Shown here: positions 1-10,524 of the stretch, in pieces
Numbering within the stretch: the first letter of the stretch is position 1
Layout: each line of letters begins with the position of its first letter
Assembly (NCBI GenBank): GCA_002256025.1
Contig: NKIB01015239.1
Coordinates: 1-37,256 of the forward strand
Source: Asterionella formosa
Lineage: Eukaryota
Length of the DNA: 37,256 nt
Direction of reading: 5' to 3'
The notes under the pieces: model-generated
What the model was told of the DNA's origin: nothing
What the model saw: the letters and a program-made list of their open reading frames with translations, nothing else
Databases searched by the model: none
Translations under genes and position numbers: made by a program

Positions 1-617
1 CCGACATGAAGAGCCACACAGGAGGAGTGATGTCCTTTGGGACTGGAGGCATCATATGTAAGTCAAGTAAGCAAAAGCTCAATACAAAAAGCTCGACGGA
101 GGCAGAACTTGTGGGAGCTAGTGATTACTTGCCTAACGTCATGTGGGTGAAGATGTTCCTCATGGCACAAGGACATATGATTGTTGAAAATTTCCTTGAA
201 CAGGATAACGAGAGTGCCATCAAGCTTGAGAAGAATGGAAGAATGTCGGCAGGACCTAAATCTAGGCATATTGACATACGTTATTTTTGGATTAAGGACC
301 GCATCAAGGACAACAAAATTACCATACGACACTGCCCAACTTTGCGGATGCTAGCGGATTTTTTTACAAAACCATTGCAAGGAGCCCTTTTTCGAAAATT
401 CCGTGACGTGATCCTAGGGTACAAACACATCGACACCCTGACCATGAACCCACTGCCATCGGCCGAGGAGCGTGTTGAAAAATGGCGACCTGATAACTGT
501 GGGACAGGAACTCCGGGTACCGATACTGGCACACTAGTTACAAGGAGAGAAGATTCGACAGTACCACTTACTTGGTCTGAGGTGGTGCGTAGAGGTACAC
601 CAACCACACAGAAGTAG
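1..617 (+). mobile_element. 3' end of Ty1/copia LTR-retrotransposon pol (RNase H domain), 5'-truncated by the window edge
   Basis: Uninterrupted frame with copia RNase H motifs: DMKSHTG, SSKQKLNTKSSTEAE, QDNESAI, SRHIDIRYFWIKD, CPT..MLADFFTKPLQG. The ORF reads through the PPT into the LTR and stops at 615-617. Confidence 0.96.
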
Positions 618-780
618 ATAAGATTTGTTTCAAGATCATTATCTCGAAACAATCCAGTTAGTAAGAACGAAGTTTGATCCGACTTTCTTCTTACCTTCAA
701 CTCAATCGAATATAACCGATTCTTGAAACAATCATAGGTTCAGGGCCTATGGTATGTCGGGGAAAATAGATTTTGCAACA
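461..780 (+). mobile_element. PPT-like tract (461-472) and probable 3' LTR (473-780) of the copia element
   Basis: ggccgaggagcg is followed directly by TGTTGAAAA at 473. ttttgCAACA ends at 780, giving TG...CA ends with a near-perfect terminal inverted repeat. Alternative ends near 701 (ttcaact) or 730 (gaaaca) cannot be excluded without the 5' LTR. Confidence 0.6.
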
Positions 781-2020
781 CAAGCATCTCGCATCTTCCA
801 TGAGGTCATTTGGCTTAAATAAGCAATTGAATATGGGATAAAGATAGCTTATGTTTTGGTTCCAGGCCAATTACAGAAACTTGCTGGTACCGGGGTATAC
901 CACCTTAAAACTTAGAGTCAACGTTTAATAACTCCTTCCGACTAAAATTATTGAAGTTTCTTAAATGATAAATTCGAACCAAGTACGAACTTTATTGTAG
1001 TCGATAGAACGGGGATAGCTAACAATTTTTCAGTTCTGAAGTAGAACATACAGTTATGTAGATCTAAGCCATCTAATTTAACCCATTTTGACTTATGATG
1101 TTGTCGTTCAGTACGTACTTTTTAGTTCATAGATTTTTTACTTTCAAACCGTGTTCTATTTTACTTGATTGGTCAACCACAAAAACTATTTTTTATTACT
1201 TTTCTTGACAGTATAATTACCTGTACCAGCTACCCGGGTTAAGTGCCCATCATAAAAGTACATACCGGTAGTAACCATACTGTATTCGTCAAGAATTCGT
1301 TCGGACCTCGCATATCAATGACTTCAAGTTCTCATCTGTCCGGTGGTCCTCCTCTTGTTTCAGCACATTTCACAGGTGATTGTAGTGATTTCATTGAAAA
1401 ATCTCGTGTGAACTTTTGTTTCAGGTAGTCACACCGAGAGGTCGCAGCTGATGATCTCAATTTTTGTAGAGGAGTACAAATACCGTAAGCACAATGAAGT
1501 CATTACATATTTTGTACCAACAAAAAAATCTGTTTGGACACTAAATGAATCTATTGACGGAAATACTTTCTGATACCGGTTAAATGGAGTAAATATTAAT
1601 TTAGCTTTTTCATTCCATTTCTCATTGACAGCAACCTTTGGGACTAAATATGGAAGTAATGCAAGCTAATTGACGAGTTCAAAGCACAATCATTATTGGT
1701 TAGTATATAAATTGCTACAACATTGCCTGAATAATTATGTTCATATCTAGCACATATAGTCCATGTGAATTTACTGGATTTAACATTGACTCTCAGTTTT
1801 TAGGTGGTACATAATATGGAAGACCTGCACATGCTACAAGCTAAGCAGGATGGAAACAGTGTGCACTATTAACTGGGGAACTCGAAGAAAAGGCAACACA
1901 AGGTTACCTGAGCAGTATGTCAATGGAGGCGGTGAAGACTCTGTAGATTCACTACTCAGTCCATGGTGCCAGCACTTCATTAGTTGCTTCTGGCACATCT
2001 GCAAATAAAAACCATCATAT

Positions 2021-2061
2021 TCCTATGATGCATCATAGGATTATGATCATCTGATCATAAT
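2021..2061. repeat. Two adjacent palindromes built on ATCATA/TATGAT
   Basis: tcctatgatgcatcatagga (2021-2040) is a perfect 20-bp palindrome. attatgatca-tc-tgatcataat spans 2040-2061. Confidence 0.9.
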
Positions 2062-2599
2062 TTTTCGTTATATCATCTAATAATTTTGATAAATGCCCTC
2101 ATAATTTAAATAGTAACCCTTTTGACTATGGAAATTTAATTATTATATGTATTGTTTCTTTTAGGTACCTTTATTTAAATTTCTTGGTAGGATAATGTAC
2201 CAGTTAAAGTAATGTGGTTTGGCTCATCATCCTTGCCAGTCCTCACTCTGATTCTTGCAACAACGACAAAGCAGCCATGTCAAGAGGGACGAGTGTTTGT
2301 GATAAAATCTTCATTTGTCGTTCAAGTCATCTTATGACTTCGATGAATCGTCATCTACATTGCACAGTATGTTTGTATGCAATCCGTTAAGAGCATGAAA
2401 AGAAATCCAATGAAAACGAAATGGCTCATCACACAAGACGAATATTTCCGGCCGGTCTGTCACCAGAGCATCAATCAGTGTTAAAACCTCAATCATAGCT
2501 AAACAGCATCCATTATAGAACATCACAATCTACTTCTCTGTAGTAACATCTTCTCTCTAACAAGAACGTAATACATCTAGAATTGAAATGCAGCATAGC

Positions 2600-3560
2600 A
2601 GGCGATATGCATGAGACTGTCTATTAATAGTAACAGAGTGATTCTGATTTCTTAATTTTCATGTCTCATCAGATTTCCGTACAAGTTCCTTACCTTTGAA
2701 GACAGGAGCTTATTCTTTGATGTATCTGGAATATTTCAATGGATGGCAGCAGTTGGATTTAGACACAAACCTGGACAAAAGAACTAGTATTTTGTAGATA
2801 TTCATGAAAAGCGAGACACTTTGGCCTATCGACCACCAGCCAGTCTATACTGCAAAACTGCAAGAAGCAAGCACAAGTTGAATACCCATTTATGGATTCA
2901 AGTTTCAGTAGTGCAACAATGTAAAATATTAGAAACCGGAAGTCACATTTCATCTAATTACGGTTTTCATTAGCTATACTAGCTAGTATTGATTGAGAGG
3001 AAGCAATGGTAGAATGCCAAACAGAGGGGGCAAACACAGAGAAGCCTACTAGTTTTTCTCTCCAATGATTCCAGACCCTTCTTGAATGTCACTTGCTACA
3101 GAAAATGGAGAACAGCCGCCGTGATCTGTTGATTGTTGCTTGCTGCATGTTGCCAGTGACCAAAACCTCCAGAAATCTCAATGAGTTGCTTGTTTCTTGA
3201 CTTGAATGCAAAAGGGATCGAAACCAGTGGAAAAATCAAAAGGGAACAAAAAATGCTCAACAAACATCAAAAAAATTGTGAAAGAGAAATGAAGGCTTTT
3301 GGGAGGAGAAGTAAAGGGATAATTGCTTCTGGTCTTGCGGGAACAAGAATGGATTGACCCAAACAATGTTGACAAATAGGTACCTACCGGAAAAGGAAGC
3401 AATTTTTTGGCATCATCAATCTATATGATGCGAGAAACTGAAGTGACAAGACAGCATGATGATACACCATGCGGCTAAGAATGAGTGAATATGATGGAGA
3501 AGGGCGGAATCAACAAGCTGTGCATAGCATCACAGTTTGTCAAGAGCAAATGCCAGGATG
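2600..3560 (+). pseudogene. Heavily decayed DDE (IS630/Tc1-like) transposase relic
   Basis: Colinear fragments across stops and frameshifts: WPIDH (~2822), YPFMD (~2883), GQTQRSLLVFLSNDSRPF (~3028-3081), LNAKGIETSGK (3202-3234), GGEVKG*LLLVLREQEWIDPNNVDK* (3302-3379), GEG (~3496). The order matches my recalled consensus of stramenopile transposase-like ORFs (GYWxxDH, YPxxD, GDxQxMVFxxxDxGPF, GKxKGLLQVLWERGWID, AGEGIEY). Confidence 0.5.
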
Positions 3561-3771
3561 ATCAATTGCTGGGATTAAAAATATAGAATGACTCGTCCCC
3601 TTTCAGTGATTCAATAGCTCCTTTTCGATTTGGTGGCTGGCCAACCATCAATGTAGACAAACGAAATCGGTAAGTGCTATCAGCCATCTTTGGATCAATC
3701 CACAACTGTTAGAAAATCTGACACATATGTGTTGCTTTTTTCAGGATAATGGTAGACAATCAGAATTTGTA

Positions 3772-3819
3772 AGTTACAAACAGCAGTGTTGGAGTTAGTT
3801 ACAAACAGCAGAGTTGGAG
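3772..3819 (+). repeat. 25-bp-period tandem duplication (2 copies)
   Basis: agttacaaacagcagtgttggag at 3772 and agttacaaacagcagagttggag at 3797. Confidence 0.9.
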
Positions 3820-5136
3820 CCCATTTATTGATTGATACTTTCTCATTCAATCTTCAACTGACACGCACATTATTTTACAGAAATATGCATCAGTTACTTC
3901 CTTAATTTGTGGTAAGTGAAGCAAGATAGAAGCGAAACAAATGTTGTTGTGTAAGCAAAACATGAACAGCTAACAATCGTGAATTGCTTCTCTTTGTTAG
4001 TATGGCTGATTGGAACAACGAAACGGATTCAATAGTAATAGGAAAATGCGTGAATACAAACTTAGATCCATCAGGAGTAAATGGAACAAAACAGGGGAAC
4101 AACGGCAAGGCAACCAGTACAACAACCTTCAGAATTGGATGGGGGGAAGGTGGAAGTGAAAGCTGAAACACCAATCATTGCGATGAGAGCATTGTAGAAC
4201 ATTCTCTAGCCACTCAAGATATAGAAACATAAAACCATTCTTAAACATTGTTCTAAATTTCGATCAATTTCATCCTATTTAGACAGTGATATCAATGAGA
4301 ATTACGATCATGCAAAGATAGATGTATGACAAAAGTATACGCATCATATGACCATGTTTAACTAAATATATGATGCAATGGTATTATAACTATGATAGTC
4401 TCATCATACTTCAAGCTTGGTAAAAGATTATTGCATGATCAAAATTATTTGATACATTGATCATATTTTTGATCGAAAAACTATTATATATGTAAAAATC
4501 CTTTGCCACTTAGCGTACGACAACCTTGATCCTATATTCATGATAGTTTTTATTTACAGACGGTATATGCACCGAAATTCTTCGTTTTTCTGGAGAGCAG
4601 TTTGGACTGGTGCTGTTGATTGTTGATCCTTGTCCGGAGCCATTGTCGGTACAGCACTTGATCAGGCTGGTTGCTTTAAGACTACTCATTTGCTAGAAGG
4701 TAGAACGCGTCGCGCTTCCTGGCGCTGCCAGCCCTGATATTCATGTACTTATGGACTTGCTTTCTCACCTAACCCTGGATTGTCCCGACAAATGTGGTGA
4801 CATGGGGCACTGGTGCATGGGGATCAATACCAGATTTAATCATCTAGATGGTAAATGCAGGAATAGAAACCGCTACCTCTGAAGGCATGCTAACCAACCA
4901 CTTGTAAGTAATCCCCTTTTCAAGCAATTTCAACATTGCTGTCAGGCAGAGGTCTAAGATGCATATAAGGTGTGCTCCTCTAGATGCGCTGTTTGGAGAG
5001 CTTCTGATTGGGCCTGTTACTCTCCTTCGAACTTCAAGAGTGATGCATTGAGGCAATTTTTCAGGTAATAGTATGCAAGGTAGTACATTCTACTTTTTTA
5101 ATTGTCTCCAGTTCTAGGTGTTGGAAATTGGAGATC

Positions 5137-5414
5137 TGAGAGCAACAACACTACTAGATTGAAAATGGTCAAATAAAATACAATTGGAGAAACGATTTTT
5201 TCAGAATAGATAATCTTGTCCACATCTCATCATCAGTTTTGGGGACCAAGGGTAACTAGTAGCCATACAAGGCTCAGAGTGACCTGCAATCTTCATTTAG
5301 AAGAGCAGAGGCTGGTGATATCTTGATCACAAGATTCATAGGCTGCTGATTGCTGAGACTCATGAGTATGTCGAGAGGATGGAATGCACTGCGAGAGATT
5401 AGACCTCCAGGTAT
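5137..5414 (+). repeat. Dispersed ~280-bp repeat, copy 1 (copy 2 at 14924-15204)
   Basis: Shared blocks in the same order: acaattggagaaac, agaatagataatc, tgtccacatctcatcatcagttt, tttagaagagcag, ttgatcacaagattcatag, ggctgctgattgctgaga, tcatgagtatgtcgag, gagattagac. Confidence 0.95.
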
Positions 5415-5590
5415 TTTCCATTAGATCTAACGTTTTACTCAGCATACATTAAAAAACTGATTGATTATTCAAATATTTGACATGTTGATAGTGTAGCTTG
5501 TCCCACACATATGTTCTTTTGCCACTCCAAAGTGTAAAATATTTATGAGGGTACCAGAACCAGCCATTAGTCAATCAATAGCTGATTCCA

Positions 5591-6310
5591 ATGTCATACA
5601 GCAACAATGGTTGTCGAAATGAGTCCAATGATGTTGATAAACTTCTCCGTTATTGGGGCGTTTCAAGAAATGATCTCTGTAGTTTAACTAATATTGTTGG
5701 TGCAGGTAGTGACACAGAAGAAAAGAGGAACAAGCTTCTGTGCACCATTACGGCCACATTTGAGAAGCATCGCCAAAATTGGGAAACTTTTTTTCCTGAT
5801 GAGCCAATGGAATTTGTCATACCTGTCATTCCAAATAAAGATCACCGACGTCGTGTATTCTCTGTTTATGCATTGACACAGGCGAGGAGTGAAAACGAAA
5901 TAGTTGATGCCAGTTCATCTTCTCCCAATACCATTCCAAGAAGTAAAGATTGTGTTGCTTGTATGCCCGTGGTAGATCTTGTTTCTACTTCCTCATAGCG
6001 TCTGATTGAGTCTATTGAATCTAATAGACTTGATATAAAATCTCCCCCTTCCAAAGAAAAAGCAAAATGTAAATTAAAGGCAACTCCAGACATGGTTGCC
6101 AATCCGGAAGAAGCAGTCCATGACTTGTCACCAAAGAGTTCCGAAATTGTAGGAGTTATTGGGAAAGTAAATATAGAACAGGTCAAGGAGGAAAGTGATT
6201 TGTCCCATTTATCCAGTAAGGAGTTGGAAATATTGAAACAGGACATGGTTGCCAGTCTGGATGTAGTTCATGGTTGCATATGGTGGCATATTGTTTTCTT
6301 TCTGATGTAG
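5591..6310 (+). pseudogene. Hypothetical ORF interrupted by one in-frame TAG (5996-5998)
   Basis: ORFs 5591-5998 and 6092-6310 share a frame, and the sequence between them is open (*RLIESIESNRLDIKSPPSKEKAKCKLKATPD). No recognisable domain. Confidence 0.4.
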
Positions 6311-6712
6311 TCTAAATTCTCGAGGAAAGTGAGTTTTCCATAAAATCATCACTACTGGTCCTATATGTTTCCGAAATTTCCTTGAAGTTTCAAATGATGT
6401 TTTGTTAAACAAGCCAGAATCTAGGACCACATAGAATTTGTCGAGAACAAAATCCAGGACACTGTCATCTAGTCTCTTCCTCTCCTTGCCTTTGTCATCA
6501 TGATCAAAGTATCTAACCAGTAAGAGTTGTTCCTTGCTCTTCCGTTGTCTCTTGAACAGACATGAAATACACCATAGAAACTCATTTTTCCTGATTGAAA
6601 AATCTGCGAACGGTATCCCCTTCACAACCAAGGTCATTCCATTCCTTGTAGCGCTCGGAACATTTGCCATTCCAGATAACAGGTGATATATGGCACTATC
6701 GATAGCGTGCAA
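6209..6712 (-). pseudogene. Hypothetical ORF fragment, possibly TE-derived
   Basis: 167-codon open frame with protein-like composition in AT-rich DNA. No family recognised. Confidence 0.3.
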
Positions 6713-6830
6713 ATGTCAAGTTGTCAAGAAAAACGTGACTGTAACAGAACAAGGAAGCAGAAAGAGATAATGGTCTGTCAACTATAGGATTAGACAGTGG
6801 GCAAGTGCTGGATTGGAAGCAATCATGCAG

Positions 6831-6990
6831 CCTACAGTTTCACAGTACCAGCGTAGTAATAGGTACAATTTCACAGTAGCCACGTCATGTTCCGAGTGGG
6901 TATTGAGACAAGGGGAAGAAGGGAATGCTGGTAGGGCAAACCTACAGTTTCACAGTACCAGCGTAGTAATAGGTACAGTTTCACAGTACC
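6831..6990 (+). repeat. 50-bp direct repeat x2 (period 110) with internal 17-bp sub-repeat x4
   Basis: cctacagtttcacagtaccagcgtagtaataggtaca(a/g)tttcacagta(g/c)c at 6831-6880 and 6941-6990. A tacagtttcacagtacc-like unit occurs at 6833, 6864, 6943 and 6974. Confidence 0.95.
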
Positions 6991-9465
6991 GGGTATTCGA
7001 ATTCCTGTCAAGTCTTGTATATTTTATCTAATCATACATACTGATAGGGTATTAAATGTTCCTTCGACAAAGTTACTAAACATACAGAGATGCATGTTAT
7101 ACACACTTTTTGAAGAAGAGGAAATGTTGAGATATTGTTAAAAAATTCATGCCGGTAATGCATTCTATTCCACATATCAAACTGATGAGGGAATGGTGAT
7201 AGAGAGCCTTTAACCGGTATCAAACCAACCGGTGAGAAGAGGTAAGTTACATGATATTTTTGCTTCTAAACTGTGGCTACCAAGGGGCTTGTTATGATTG
7301 GTACCGTGTGAGACTGGAAGCAAACTATCAAATTGTATCACGGTTTCTGTGCGCTGTTACAACTCAAAGTTTCTACACTTCCTCAGGACGAACGATAAAA
7401 ATCAACCTAATTACGAGGTAAGAAACCGCACTTAATATCTTTGTGCACAATGCCGCAGAGGGTTCGTAGTGTCTGTGTCCAATAATTTGGATTTCGACAT
7501 TAATAACATCTTTCCCTTCCATATATGCAGATGTGAGGGTTAACAACGCTACCTGTCACCCATCAATCAACACCAAAACGTTAGTTGATAATAAGAGTGA
7601 GAATGCTGTATTGATCATAAGCATATCGTATGATCTATTGATTTGAAACTCATTGATATATATATGATGAGTGTATACTAAATGTGCTTCGTTATTAATG
7701 TTACAATTGCAATCGATTAAATATTACATACCGGTAATATGCATGTGATGTATGCTAATCATACATAAGAGCAATGCTAAAATATTAATCAATCAATCAG
7801 TTTTTTTGTATGATCTATCAAAAACGGTACGTCATACTGAAATTTTTTGGGGCAGTGGGTCTTACAGCAAAACTGTTAGGCCTAACGGTTTTTTTATTTA
7901 CAGACGATTGGTTACATTGTTCTGGGTTGCATAGTTGGAGCAGTCACTGGCTGGGAGCTGAGGGATCAATGGAACGATCTTTGAAGCGAAGTTGCTAGTC
8001 TAGCAAACAAGTTAACATAATTTCCTTGATTGTGGCTCTAGAGGAATTGACGGAAGCCCAGAATCCCAACACCCTTCCAGAATGTGGTGGTGAAACATTT
8101 ATATGCAAATATATAGGTTCCCGCTGGTGAGGTAAACAACAAGCAGGTCTAAGGCCCTCTGGGGGACCAAGTGCCAATTCACAACTTCTACTTTTTTCGA
8201 GTTCTTTAATATAAGCACGTCGTAGCATACTTAAAATTTTTTTAATATTTTTTTTATAATTGTACAGGTGTGTAGCATTCTGGACTATGTGACCAGTCGA
8301 CCTGCCAGTGTTTAATGAGCAGAGAAGTACCAAGTACCAAGGCAGCCATGTACCTGCTACTACTAGAAATGGGAGGATACCATCAAAACATTATCACAGT
8401 ATCATATAATGATCTCGTCAACACATGATCGAATTGCATAGCTAAAATGAATTTGTGATGTGCAAAAGCAAGAATGCTAAGGATGGAATTGAATTTGGAT
8501 TTAAGGTGAAAAAGGCCAGAATATTTGTTAGGTAATTTGATCAGACATAATGAAGAACAACTTGTTGTATGAACAAGGACCAGCATTATGTTTTGATTAG
8601 TTGGATAAATCAATGGTCACAATGAAGAAGATGCATTCATACATAAAAGCCGTGAAATAAGCCACTTCTAGAAATTTGTTCTATGTAGGAGTGTTAATAT
8701 TTTGGTACTTCACATGAATTAATGCAACTCTTCCCATAGAAAAGGTTACTACGTTTAACGGTTTCATGTGAATATTTCATAAAAAACTTTGAACTCGAGA
8801 CTAAATTAGTTGATGTTTCAAATAATTCATTTCAAAGTTCAACTAGTAAGTCCTGCTCTTGAGGCTAGCAAATTCATTTACGACATGAATCTTCCTTTGT
8901 GAAATAGTTAGGATGATATTTGTGGTGTCTTCATTCATGCTACAGTTTATGGTTGTGCACTTCATGTAAATAACATTTACTATTATACTGAACAAGATTA
9001 CTTGTCGTGGTTTCATGTATGGATCACAATCATATGGTTATTTCCAAGGCAGGACTAGTTTATGTTACAACTAAAATGATTATCTGTTTTATAGCCCATT
9101 CCTACTCCCCTTTTTCAAGGCAAGTATTCATTGTGCTGCCTGCTGACAAGACCTGTGCTTCCCTAGTTTTGTTAGCGTAGGTGAGTCCCCACCACCCTTC
9201 ATGAAAGATGATCGTCTTAGCTGCAGCGTTAGGGGAAACTCCGACCGCCTAGGAAGGAGGCACAAGCTGCTTGTAGGGGGCAACCCACTATTTCTTGCAC
9301 ACCAGGCAAGACCGTGAGGGATGGTAAGGAGTGTGGGAGTCGAATCCAACAATTACCGGTACTTCTCAAAAAAAATTGCGGGAATAGGGTACACAGTTAT
9401 CTATTTCATGTTTCATGAAACCCTGTAGATGTAGAGCAATCCTCCTCCAAAAAGTCGACCCGATC

Positions 9466-9503
9466 GGCTTTTTCAACAGTCGCCAAAATATTGGAATCAG
9501 AAT
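9466..9503 (+). repeat. Short dispersed repeat, copy 1 (copy 2 at 31949-31986)
   Basis: 38-bp alignment with 4 mismatches, including an exact 21-mer ccaaaatattggaatcagaat. Confidence 0.85.
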
Positions 9504-10524
9504 TTGTACGTGCAAAAACGTTCTCGTTTACTTGGAGTCTTGCGTAGGTATGTTTCTCTGAATAATTCTCAGTCCGAAAAGACTCCAGGGTAAGTTCCCG
9601 CGTCACTACACATATTCTGATTGGTTGAATTGAATTTATTCACCTGCTTCAGATTCGCTGAAGTATCCCGGTCTTGTAAAATCCCGCCAGCCACACTTGA
9701 GCCACACGTATTAGATGTACTGAATACTGGTTGGTAAAATCAGTACTGGTACTGCCGGTAGTCCATCCTGTCCTCCATCATGTGGTGCAAATGCCAATGG
9801 GCAGTTGAATTTACGAATAGTTTTATCTTTTTCAACCCTGTTTGGGAAAAGTCCCGAAATACCGTTACTCTGGGACTCCGGTTCTGAATTACATACCGGT
9901 ATATAACTTTGTGAGTGGAGTGATATTGAAACTACATCGAGCAACGTGGATTCATTATGAACGTATAAATAAGAGCCATGAGCATACATGTTGGCATACT
10001 CCTAATTTATATATGTGTTTTGCCGTTGAGCAGAATTATGTCTACATTCAGCAACGTAGAAAAAGTATGAACGTTTAAATATCATAATTTTTTGAAATGG
10101 AACTCTATTAATCTGGCCCCGATTCCTATTTAATTCAAATATTCAAATGGACACTCGAATCATGAGAATTCATAGAAGGAAACTCCCTGTTCCACGCCGT
10201 TTTTACAACCCTAGCGATTTTTTCTCCGAACTAGGGTTAAGCCGGGGCCGCAAGGGCAATATTTCTATGTATCTTTTTTGTACTTCGACGGAGTTTCTTT
10301 CAGCATCCCCTGGTGCATTTTGCATTAGTACTCGAAACATGGTACCAGGTACCAGTACGTAGAACTTTATTTAAATGGCTGGTTTCCATTATGGAGTACC
10401 AGGTAAGCACACGTTTCTGCGGTAACATCAATTGTCACTTTGTGTGTTCCTCTGTCTCACAACTTTGTTATATTTCAGGATACCCACTTACTGATTGTCG
10501 TTTTGGATCTCATCAAACAACAAC

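Noticed and set aside
1078..1242. piggyBac-like TTAA-CCC...GGG-TTAA element
   Set aside because: The inverted match does not extend beyond CCC/GGG.
6831..6990. Repeat-spacer-repeat as a mini CRISPR array
   Set aside because: Only two repeats with internal tandem structure, and no cas genes.
9333..9350. tRNA gene suggested by a T-arm-like sequence
   Set aside because: No acceptor stem, D-arm/A-box or anticodon arm on either strand.
10207..10238. aaccctag...ctagggtt hairpin and telomere-like word
   Set aside because: Single 8-bp stem, no tandem telomeric units, compatible with chance.
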